Origin: Azolla caroliniana
Lineage: Eukaryota; Plantae; Polypodiophyta
Length of the DNA stretch: 64,000 nt
Assembly: GCA_043228905.1 (NCBI GenBank)
Contig: JBHGNT010000010.1
Span: 12,586,001 to 12,650,000, forward strand
Direction of reading: 5' to 3'
Shown here piece after piece: positions 1 through 10,617 of this stretch. The number at the start of each line of letters is the position of its first letter. Position 1 is the stretch's first letter. Under the pieces are notes generated by a model. That model made no database searches. It had not been told where the DNA came from and worked only from the letters and a program-made list of their open reading frames with translations. The translations under genes were made by a program, and so were the position numbers.

Positions 1-103
1 CACTTCCTCTCTCGGGAATCTTACGCAGTCCCGTCCTCTTAGTACTAATAGTACTACTGTTCTTAGTACTAATTCCATCTCTGTTTTAGTACTATTCCTG
101 ACA
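1..103 (+). repeat. 3' part (U5) of 5' LTR of chromovirus A
   Basis: Near-identical to ~5233-5335; ends ...TTCCTGACA. Confidence 0.95.
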
Positions 104-117
104 GTTTGAACCAATTT
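104..117 (+). promoter_or_regulatory. Primer-binding site, self-priming type (not tRNA-complementary)
   Basis: GTTTGAACCAATTT directly follows the LTR and has no TGG start. 106-117 is the reverse complement of AAATTGGTTCAA in the LTR (5109-5120), ~33 nt after TATAAAA. Confidence 0.8.
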
Positions 118-172
118 TTTCCTCTAGCCTACTTGTCACTTTCCCTCATCCTCCTACCCTTTTCCCTATACT

Positions 173-1330
173 ATGGCTACTGTTAGCGCCCAAGAATACC
201 AATCCGTTTTCTCCGAGCTACAGTGCCTAAAAGAAAAGTTTGTTGCCCTGGAACAAGAAAACCAAAGGCTGATAGGGGATCTGCAACAAATCGCTCTAGA
301 AAAACAACAAACGCAACAACAACATGGGGAGTTAGCGTTACGGGTACAACAACTCGAAGCAGCGTTGCAACAACAAGGATCTAGTCCCCAAGGATTTCAT
401 AAAGAGCCCAAGATTGGACTTCCTGTGAAATTTGATGGAACGCGTTCGCAATTCCGGGGATTCCTTAATCATGTACACTTAGTCATCCAGATGCATCCTT
501 CCCGATATCCCACTGATGCATCTCGAGTTGGCCTAATAGGCACGCTACTTAGCGGCTCAGCCTTGGCATGGTTTGCTCCGCTTCTAGAAAAACAATCGCC
601 CTTACTTAATAACTTTGAAGATTTTATTGGTGAGTTTAAAGCCTGCTTTGGAGACACCGACAGCATCAGGACGGCGATCAACAAGATCCGGCGATTGCGT
701 CAAGGCGATCGTCCAGCCTCCGCTTACGCGGCGGATATCCGCCTACTTGCTTCAGATATACCCTGGGATGATCAAGCACTAATGGAGCAGTTTCGCTATG
801 GCTTGCGAAACGATGTCAAAGATCTACTTCTAACTTTCCCCGAAGAACCAAAGTCTCTTACGGAGGCAATCAGTCGAGCAGTTCGATGTGACAACCGCCT
901 TTTTGAACGGCGTTCAGAACGTCAACTATAGATACCACGCTCTAGGCCAGAGCCCACTTACGCCTCAGTCGCAGCTAAACCATTTGCACAAGACATACCT
1001 CAAGCAAATACTTCGACACCGATGGAGATCGATACCATGCGTCGACGCGACCCGTTATCAGAAGAAGAAAAGAAACGATGACGTGCCAATCGATTATGTC
1101 TTTATTGCGGTGGACCAGGACATATCACCATCAATTGTCCCCATAGGCCAAGAAGACAGGTAAATCAAATCGTCACCTGTACTAAACCCGAGTCAATTCT
1201 TCCCTTCGGAGTGTCTGATAGTATTAATAGTACTAATAGAGTGTCAGATAGTATTCATAGTACTAATAGCCCAAGTATCTCAAATAAATTTGAAATCCTT
1301 AGTCAATTAGATGAAGAGTTAAACGATTGA
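173..1330 (+). pseudogene. gag: gag (coiled-coil N-terminus, retrotransposon capsid, CCHC knuckle CLYCGGPGHITINC)
   Basis: ORF 173-931 continues in frame through premature stops TAG (929) and TGA (1079) to TGA at 1328-1330. Contains a PTPMEID motif and a 30-bp in-frame tandem duplication at 1209-1268. Confidence 0.93.
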
Positions 1331-1362
1331 GTCTAGCCAAAATAGGAGCCATTTGGTTGGAC
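1318..1362 (+). promoter_or_regulatory. Putative -1 ribosomal frameshift signal between gag and pol
   Basis: G TTA AAC in gag frame (1318-1324), 6-nt spacer, 11-bp stem GTCTAGCCAAA/TTTGGTTGGAC. pol lies in the -1 frame. Confidence 0.7.
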
Positions 1363-4300
1363 AGCAGCCCTAGATCTGTACAGCCCATTAGTGGTTCCAT
1401 TCCTTCCAAGCAAGTTAGCAATGTGTTCCTAGCCCAAGTCATTGTTAGTACTAAAAGTACTCCCCCAGTACCCGTCCTAGCACTTTTAGATTCCGGAGCT
1501 AATTCCTGTTTCATGGATCGAAATTTTGCCCAAGCTTCTTAGATATGCCCCAAGCATCTGTAGTGGTCATTGATGGTCGTCCCATTGCTTCCGGGAATAT
1601 TGTAGAAGAATCAGAACCCATTCAAGTTGTCCTAGGTAGTTTTGTGTGTATAATATCATTTAATATAATTAGTAGTCCAGAGCATCCCATTGTCCTAGGA
1701 TTACCTTGGCTTGAATTACATAATCCAGCCATAGATTGGAGAACAAGAGAAGTCCGATATCGACCACCCCAAGAATCAACTCACCGAGTTTCGACCATTT
1801 CACTCCATCAACTACGCAAAGAAGGACCCAAGGAGGCAATGTTCCTATTTGCCATATCAGTACATCCTTCTAGCACTATTAAGAAGGACTCCTCAATACA
1901 ACTTCCGGCAAAATATCATCCTTATGCCGATGTATTTGACAAGGTAAAAGCCGATACCCTTCCTCATCACCGTCCCTATGACTGTCCCATCGATTTACAA
2001 CCAGGAACCGAGCCACCATGGGGACCAATTTACAACTTGTCACCCACCGAGTTAGAAGTCCTTCGAGCCTACATAGAGGAGAACTTGGCAAGCGGGTTCA
2101 TCCGTCATTCGAAATCTCCGGCCGGTGCACCCATCTTCTTTGTCAAGAAGAAAGATGGCTCACTTCGTCTTGTCGTTGATTACCGCGGATTGAATAAAGT
2201 CACCATCCGGAATAGGTATGCACTTCCTCTTATATCAAGTCTTTTAGAGCGAGTTAATGGTGCCAAGTTTTTTACTAAAATCGACCTACGAGGAGTGTAT
2301 AATCTCGTGCGGATCCGACCGGGAGATAAGTGGAAGACCGCTTTTCGCACGCGGTATGGGCATTTCGAGTATACTGTTATGCCGTTTGGCTTAACCAATG
2401 CACCCGCAGTCTTCCAACACATGGCAAATGATATATTCAGAGACCTCTTGGATATCTGTTTGATCATTTATCTGGATGATCTGTTGATTTATTCGAAGAC
2501 CCAGGAAGAGCACGATTCTCATGTACTATTAGTACTAAAGTGAGTCCGCGAGAATGGTCTTTATGCCAAGCTAGAAAAATGTAGCTTTGACTGCAAGCAA
2601 GTGGAATTTCTAGGCTACGTCATCTCCTCAAAGGGCATCGCCATGGATCCAGCTAAAATCCAAACTGTACTAGAGTGGCAAATTCCACGGTCGGTACGAG
2701 ATGTACAATGTTTTCTAGGTTTTGCTAACTTCTACCGTAAGTTTATACAGGATTACTCGAAGATTATTTTACCTCTCACACAACTTACGAAGAAGGGCCA
2801 AGCATTTCTTTGGTCCATCGAAGCAGATATGGCTTTTCGGCATCTTAAGAAAGCCTTTACATCAGCACCGATTCTAGCTCATGTGGATAGAAGCAAACCA
2901 TTCATCATGGAGGCCGACGCATCAGATTTCGCCCTCGGTAGCATCCTTTCTCAACAAGGCGATAAAGAAGAGTTGCATCCGGTGGCTTTCCATTCGCGCA
3001 AATTCAATGTCGCAGAAATCAACTACGAAATACATGAAGGAGTTATTAGCCATCGTGGATTCATTTGTACAATGGCGGCATTTCTTAGAGGGCTCTCCAC
3101 ATCAGGTCATTGTCTTTAGCGATCATAAAAATCTTGCTTATTTTCAGAACGCTCGCGTACTAAATCGACGGCAAGCTCGGTGGGCGCAATTCCTCACGCG
3201 TTTCGACTTCGAAATCACATATCGACCGGGAAAGCAACAAGGAAAAGCAGATGCACTATCACGGCGTTCATATCTTGCACCTCGTCCTGGTGACGCAACA
3301 TTTGATAATCAAAAGCATGTAATCTTGGGACCAACACGATTGCACACGACGCGGATTTTTCACACCCCGATGGATTCACGGATTACCGATGACATACGTG
3401 CAACCTTGAAGACGGATAGTTTTGCTCAAAACATCCTGGCGCACATTGATACTTCTCGGGCATCCTGTTCTCAGTCTCAACAACCAAGTATTGACTACCG
3501 ACAATTCGAATATCATGATGGTTTGTTATTCTTTAAAAAGCGCGTATATGTCCCCGATTGCTCCTGTCGCCTTCAAATCGTCCAACATTGTCATGACACC
3601 CATACGGCGGGACATTTCGGTAGTACCAAGACGTTGGAGCTAGTGCAACGATCTTTTTGGTGGCCCCACATGCGCCATTTTGTCGACGACTACGTTCGGA
3701 CCTGTGATGCTTGCTGCCGAGCAAAGATGCCACGACACCATCCATATGGCTTGGTGGAACCTTTACCAATTCCAAGTAAGCCATGGCAGTCTATTTGTCT
3801 TGATTTTATCACAGATCTGCCGGTCTCGAAGGGGTTCGATGCTATCCTAACCGTCGTCGATCGATATACGAAGATGGCACATTTTGTGCCATGTACTAAA
3901 GCCATCACTAGCGAGGAAATCGCCGCTCTTGTTATGCGTGAGGTATTTCGGCATCATGGCCTCCCAAACAGTATTATCAGTGACCGAGGCCCGCAATTTG
4001 TCTCCAAATTTTGGCAGTATCTCTTCAGGATGCTCAAGGTCTCCTGCAACCTCTCCTCCGACTACCATCCTCAAACCGACAGACAGGCGGAACGAACAAA
4101 CCAAACGTTGGAGCAATATCTCTGGTGTTTCCTGAGTTATCAACAGGATGATTGGGCCGAGATTCTCCACTTTGCGGAGTTTGCGTATAATAATGCTATT
4201 CAGTCCTCGACTCGGGTCTCCCCATTTTTCGCTTATACCGGTTTCCATCCTCGCTGGTCGGTGATCGACACTCCGGAGCTACCTACCAACCCTCGTGCCG

Positions 4301-4881
4301 AGGACCATTTGGAGAGGCTACGCAAGATCCAGATGGATCTCTCTACTCACCTTCGTCATGCTCAACACACACAGAAGACTTATGCGGATCGTCATCGAAT
4401 TCCCTCCTCTTTTGCCATCGGAGATCGAGTATGGCTCTTACGTCGTCACATCAAGACTACTCGACCGTGCGACAAGTTGGATTATCGACGACTCGGTCCT
4501 TTCCGTATTACGGGGAAGATTAATGATGTCACCTTCCGCCTGGATCTCCCTCCGCAGCTTCAGATACATCCGGTTTTCCATTGTTCTCTTCTTGAACCTT
4601 ATAAAGCAAACACCATTCCCGATCGTGTGACACCACCGCCGCCCCCGCTGGAGTTGGACGACGGCCCGGAGTATGAAGGTGCTGCCATCCTCGATTCCAA
4701 ACTTGTTCGCAACAAACTTTATTACTTGGTCGATTGGCTCGGTTATAGTCCGAGCGAACGTACTTGGGAACCCGTCGAGAATGTTGCCAATGCACAAGAT
4801 CTTCTTGCTGATTTCCACCGAAAGTATCCGGACAAACCCGATCCGCAATTAGCGCCGACTCGTTCCACTCGTCGTCTTTAA
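1318..4881 (+). pseudogene. pol: pol polyprotein: aspartic protease, RT, RNase H, integrase, chromodomain
   Basis: LLDSGA (PR); LRLVVDYRGLN, MPFGLTNAP, YLDD (RT); EADASD (RH); HDTHTAGH..CDAC, LDFITDLP, SDRGPQF, GPF (IN); YLVDWLGY..TWEP (chromodomain). Stops at 1540 and 2541, frameshift near 3035. Confidence 0.96.
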
Positions 4882-4892
4882 GGGGGAGATAG
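4881..4892 (+). other. Polypurine tract
   Basis: AGGGGGAGATAG immediately before the TG of the 3' LTR. Confidence 0.9.
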
Positions 4893-5335
4893 TGACATGA
4901 TATGGCAAGACTCGAACCCATAACTTTATGCTACGTGGGTCGAGCTCTTACCATTAGACTATGAATTGTATTTTGTAGGATATTATTTTGATTTATACTT
5001 TATCATAGAAAATTGATGTATATTCCAGATCTCTCTAGAACATTCTAGAAGCTTCAGGATTATTCCTAAAAACACTATAAAAGTAGGCACAAAGCATTGT
5101 TTTGAACCAAATTGGTTCAACGCCAGTCTTAAGCCTCTTAGCCGCTTGTACTTATCTTTTCACATAATGTATTAGCTGCTGTCATCATCTCTCTCTCTCT
5201 CTCATTCTCGCTATCTCTCTCTCTCCTCTTCTCACTTCCTCTCTCGGGAATCTTACGCAGTCCCGTCCTCTTAGTACTAATAGTACTGTTGTTCTTAGTA
5301 CTAATTCCATCTCTGTTTTAGTACTATTCCTGACA
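4893..5335 (+). repeat. 3' LTR of chromovirus A (443 bp)
   Basis: TG...CA ends; TATAAAA at 5076; (CT)n tract; homologous to the LTRs of copy B; satellite resumes at 5336 (CATAT...). Confidence 0.96.
4909..4961 (-). promoter_or_regulatory. tRNA-like Pol III internal promoter (A box + B box), antisense in LTR U3
   Basis: Minus strand reads TAGTCTAATGG...GGTTCGAGTC with tRNA-like spacing; conserved in the copy B LTRs. Confidence 0.6.
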
Positions 5336-8300
5336 CATATCATGTGTTAATTGTTTGATAACTCAAAAACTCAAGCTCTAAAGTAGTTGTTAGAATAATG
5401 TACAATTAACAAAATAATCAAAATTATGTTTGAAGGATTGATGACGAACTTTGCTTTTATATTTTTCTCCTAACATCAATTTTTAAAGTTAATCCCATTA
5501 TTCAATTAATAGTATAGGTTTCAAATGAAATTTGACAAAACATTATGTTGTTCGGGACTAGAAGAAGCAATATATTTAGTCGTAGTTATTCCTCAATATT
5601 ATTACGACAAATTAGTACACCAAGAATTATAGTTTGGATAACTTGATACAATTTCTAAAAATACGCATAGATTGTCGAATAATGGTGAATTCTCACTGAG
5701 CATGGCACATTGTTTCTTTATTTGAAGTAAAGCACTACACTATTACATTAACTAATTCATTTACTAAATGAATTCCATTGTAGTCTAGTTCGTTTGGATC
5801 ATTGTTTTTTACACAAGCCTCCCGAGTACAACAATTGGCATGAGAAAAACTAGATACATCATAGATCATGAGTTAATATCGCATCGATAAAAATCCTCAG
5901 TTTCTCGTTGATGCTTGCGCAATATATAAATATTATTTATTATTAATCAATGATTGCAATATTAAAAGATACAAAAGATATGATCCATTGTAGTCTAGTT
6001 GGTTAGGACACTCGTCTTTCACCCGAGAGACCTGTGTTCAACACCCGGCAATGGAAACGACAATATTATATATTAAATTTTCGACACATATCATGTGTTA
6101 ACTGTTTGATAACTCACAAACTCAAGACCTAAAGTAGGTGTTCCAATAATGTACAATTAACAAAATAATCAATATTATGTTTGAAGGATTGATGACGATC
6201 TTTAGTTTGATTTTTTTCTCCTAACATGAATTTCTAAACTAACTCCCATTATTTGATTAATGGTAAATGTTTCAAATGAAATTGGACAAAACATTATGTT
6301 GTTCGGGACAACAAGAAGTAGTATATTTAGTTGTGGTTATTCCTCAACATTGTTACGATAAATTAGTACACCAACAATTATAGTTTGGATAACTCGATAC
6401 AATTTCAAACAATACGCATAGATTGTAGAATAATGGTCAACTGTCGATGACCATTGCCAAATGAATTCCATTGTAATGAAGTTGCCTCGAATCGTTGATT
6501 CTTACTCGAAACGCGATAGGAAAAACTAGATACATTATATATCATGAGTTACTCTGGCATCAATAAAAAGCCGTGAAATTATGAAATCTTAAAAACGACA
6601 GTGTGTTACAACAAACCTCAGTTTTTCATTTATGCTTAAGCAATATATAAATATTATTTATTACCAATCAATAATTGCAATATTAAAAACTGCACAAGAT
6701 GTGTTCCATTGATGTCTGGTTGGTTAGAATATCATATATAAAAAAGACAATAGAAAAGACAATATCATATATAAAATTTTGCGACGCATGTCATGTGTTA
6801 ACTGTTTGATAATTCAAAAACTCAAGACGTAAAGTACTTACAATAGTGTACAATTAACAAAATGAACTCAAAAGCTCAAGCTCTAAAGTAGTTGTTAGAA
6901 TAATGTACAATTAACAAAATAATCCAAATTATGTTGAAAGAATTAATAATGAACTTTGCTTTGATTTTTTACTCCTCACATCAATTTCTAAACTTAATAC
7001 GAATATTCAATTAATAGTAGAGGTTTCTAATGAAATTTGACAAAACATAATGTGGTTCGGGACAAGGAGAAGCAGTATATTTAGTTGTGGTTATTCCTCA
7101 ACATTGTTACGACAAATTAGTACACCAAGAATTATAGTTTGGATAACTTGATACAATTTCCGAAAATACGCATAGATTGTCGAATAATGGTGAATTCTCG
7201 ATGAGCATTGCACAATATTTCTTGATTTGAAGTAAAACACTAGAATATTATATTAACTAATTCATTTACTAAAAGAATTCCAGTATAGTCTAGTTGGTTC
7301 GGATTCTTGCTTTTTACACGAGACTCCTGAGTACAACAATTGGCATGGGAAAAACTAGATACATCATAGATCATGAGTTAATATCGCATCGATAAAAACA
7401 CTTGAAATTATTAAATCTTAAAAAGGAGAGTGTGTTACAATAATCCTCAGCTCTCGTTGATGCTTGTGCAACATATAAATATTATTTATTACTAATCTAT
7501 GATTGTAATATTAAGAAGTACAGAAGATAGGATTCATTGTAGTGTAGTTGGTTAGGATACTCGGCTTTCACCCCGGAGACCCGGGTTCAACTTCCGGCAA
7601 TGAAAATGAGTATATCATATATTAAATTTCCGACTCATAGCATGGGTTAACGGTTTGATAACCCAAGACCTAAAGTAGATGTTACAATTAAGAAAATAAT
7701 CAATATTATGTTTGAAGGATTGATGACGAACTTTGCTTTGATATTTTTCTCCTAACATCAATTTCTAAAGTTAATCCCATTATTCAGTTAATAGTAGAGG
7801 TTTCAAATGAAATTTGACAAAACATTATGTTGTTCGGGACAAGAAGAAGCAATATATTTAGTCGTGGTTATTTCTCAACATGGTTACGACAAATTAGTAC
7901 ACTGACAATTATAGTTTGGATGACTGGATAGAATTTCCAAAAATACGCATAGATTGTAGAATAATGGTGAACTCTCGATCAACATTGCACCATATTTCTT
8001 TATTTGAAGGAAACCAATAGAATATTACATTAACTAATTCATTTACTAAATGTATTCCATTGTAGTCTAGTTGGTTCACAACCTTGTTTTTTACACGAGA
8101 CTCCCAGGTACAACTATAGGCATTGCCAAAACTAGATACGTCATAGACCATGACGTAATGATGCATCGATTAAATCCCTTGAAATTATTAAATCTTAAAA
8201 ACGATCGTGTGTTAGAATAATCATCACTTTCTCGTTGTTACTTGCGCAATATATAAATATTATTTATTACTAATCAATGATTGCAATCTTAAAAACTACA

Positions 8301-9912
8301 CAAGATGTGAACCATTGTAGTCTAGTTGGTTTGGATACTCAGCTCTCACTCGGGAAACCCGGTTTCAACTCCCTGCAATGGAAACAACAATATCATATGT
8401 TAAATTTTAGATGCATATCATTTGTTAACAGTTTGATAACTCAAAAACTCAAGACCTAAAGTAGGTGTTACAATTAACAAAATAATCAATATTATGTTTG
8501 AAGTATTGATGATGTACTTTACTTTAATTTGCGCGGGTACAAGTAAAAGCATAGGAAAAACTAGATACATCATAGATCATGAATTAATTTGGCATAGATA
8601 AAAAACCGTGAAATTATTAAATCTTAAAAACGAGAGTGTGGTAGAATTATCCTCTGTTTCTCGTTGATGCCTGCGCAATATATAAATATTATTTATTACT
8701 AATCAATGATTGGAATATTAAAAAGTGCACAAGATGTGATCCATTGTAGTCTAGGTGGTTAGAATGCTTGGCTCTCACACGAGGGACCCAGGTTCAACTC
8801 CTGGGAATAGATTGCACCAACAATTATACTTTCGATAACTTGATACAATATCAAACAATACGCATAGATTGCAAAAAAATGGTCAACTATAGTCAAGCAC
8901 ACTATAGTCTAGTTGGTTCAGATCCTTCTTTTTTACACGAGACTCCCGGGTACAGCAATTGGCATTGGAAAAACTAGATACATCATAGATCATGAGTTAA
9001 TATCGCATCGATAAAAACCATTGAAATTATTAAATCTTAAAAACAAGAGTGTGTTAGAATAATCCTCAATTTCTCGTTGATACTTGCGCAATATATAAAT
9101 ATTATTTTTTACTAATCAATGATTGGAATATTAAAAAGTACACTAGATATGATCCATTGTATTCTAGTTGGTTAGGATACTTGGTTCTCACCCGAGAGAC
9201 CCAGGTTTAACTCCCGGCAATGGTAACGACAATATCATATATAAAATTTCTCACGTATATCATGTGTTAATTGTTTGATAAGTCAAAAAGTCAAGCTCTA
9301 AAGTAGTTGTTATAATAATGTACAATTAAGAAAATAATCAATGTTATGTTTGAAGGATTGATGACGAACATTGCTTTGAGTTTTTTCTCCTAACATCTAT
9401 TTCTAAACTTAATCCCATTATTCAATTAATAGTATAGGTTTCAAATGAAATTTGACAAAACATTATGTTGTTTGGGATAAGAAGAGGCAGTATATTTAGT
9501 CGTAGTTATTCCTCAATATTGTTACGATAAATTAGTACACAAAGAATTATAGTTTGGACAACTTGATACAATTTCTAAAAATACACATAGATTGTCGAAT
9601 AATGGTGAATTCTCGATGAGCATTGCACCATGTTTCTTTATTTGAACAAAAGCACTAGAATATTACATTCACTAATTCATTTACTAAATGAATTCCATTG
9701 TATTCTAGTGGGTTTGGATAATTGTTTTTAACACGAAACTCCCGGGTACAACAACTCGCATGGGAAAAACTACATACATCACACATCATGGCGTAATGTC
9801 GCATCGATAAAAACCAGAGTGTGTTAGAATAATCCTCAGTTTCTCGTTGATGCTTGCGCAATATACCAAGATTTATTCTTACTAATCTATGATGGCAATA
9901 CACAAGATAGGA

Positions 9913-9985
9913 TCCATTGTAGTCTAGTTGGTTAGGATACTCGGCTTTCACCCGAGAGACCCGTGTTCAACTCCCGGCAATGGAA
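9913..9985 (+). tRNA. trnE-TTC: tRNA-Glu(TTC), one T-stem mismatch
   Basis: 73-nt cloverleaf; T stem CCGTG/CCCGG. Confidence 0.65.
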
Positions 9986-10544
9986 ACGACAATATCATAT
10001 TATAAATTTCTAACGCATACCATGTGTTAACTGTTTTATAACACAAAAACTCAAGACCTAAAGTAGTTGTTACAATAATGTAAAATTAACAAAATAATCA
10101 ATATTATGTTTGAAGGATTGATGACAAACTTTAGTTTGCTTTTTATAGTTTGGATAACTTGATAGAATTTCCAATCATACACATAAATAGTAGAATAATG
10201 TTGAACACTCGATCAACATTGCACCATAGTTTTTTATTTGAAGAAAAGCACTAGAATATTATATTAACTAATTCATTTATTAAATGAATTCTATTGTAGT
10301 CTAGTTGGTTCGGATCCTTGTTTTTCACACGAGACTCCTGGGTACAAAAATAGGCATTGGAAAAACTAGATACGTCATAGATCATGAGGTAATGTCGCAT
10401 CGATAAAAACCCTTCAAATTATTTAATCATAAAAACGAGAGTCTGTTAGAATAATCCTCAGTTTCTCGTTGATGCTTGCACAATATATAAATATTAGTTA
10501 TTACTAATCTATGATTGCAATATTAAGAAGTACACAAGCTAGGA

Positions 10545-10617
10545 TCCATTGTAGTCTAGTTGGTTAGGATACTCGGCTTTCACCCGAGAGACCCGGGTTC
10601 AACTCCCGGCAATGGAA
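10545..10617 (+). tRNA. trnE-TTC: tRNA-Glu(TTC), fully paired cloverleaf
   Basis: Acceptor TCCATTG/CAATGGA, anticodon arm CTCGG-CTTTCAC-CCGAG, T arm CCGGG-TTCAACT-CCCGG; A and B boxes intact. Confidence 0.85.

Larger units (their letters stand above)
1..5335 (+). mobile_element. Ty3/Gypsy chromovirus LTR retrotransposon (Tcn1 / Tf1-sushi-like), copy A; 5' LTR cut by window edge; decayed
   Basis: Order LTR-gag-PR-RT-RNaseH-IN-chromodomain-PPT-LTR. Bases 1-103 repeat the end of the LTR at 4893-5335. Confidence 0.97.

Noticed and set aside
469-4921. Antisense and alternate-frame ORFs within chromovirus A (likewise 40784-45725 in copy B)
   Set aside because: Shadows of gag-pol; their recurrence in both copies follows from sense-strand conservation.
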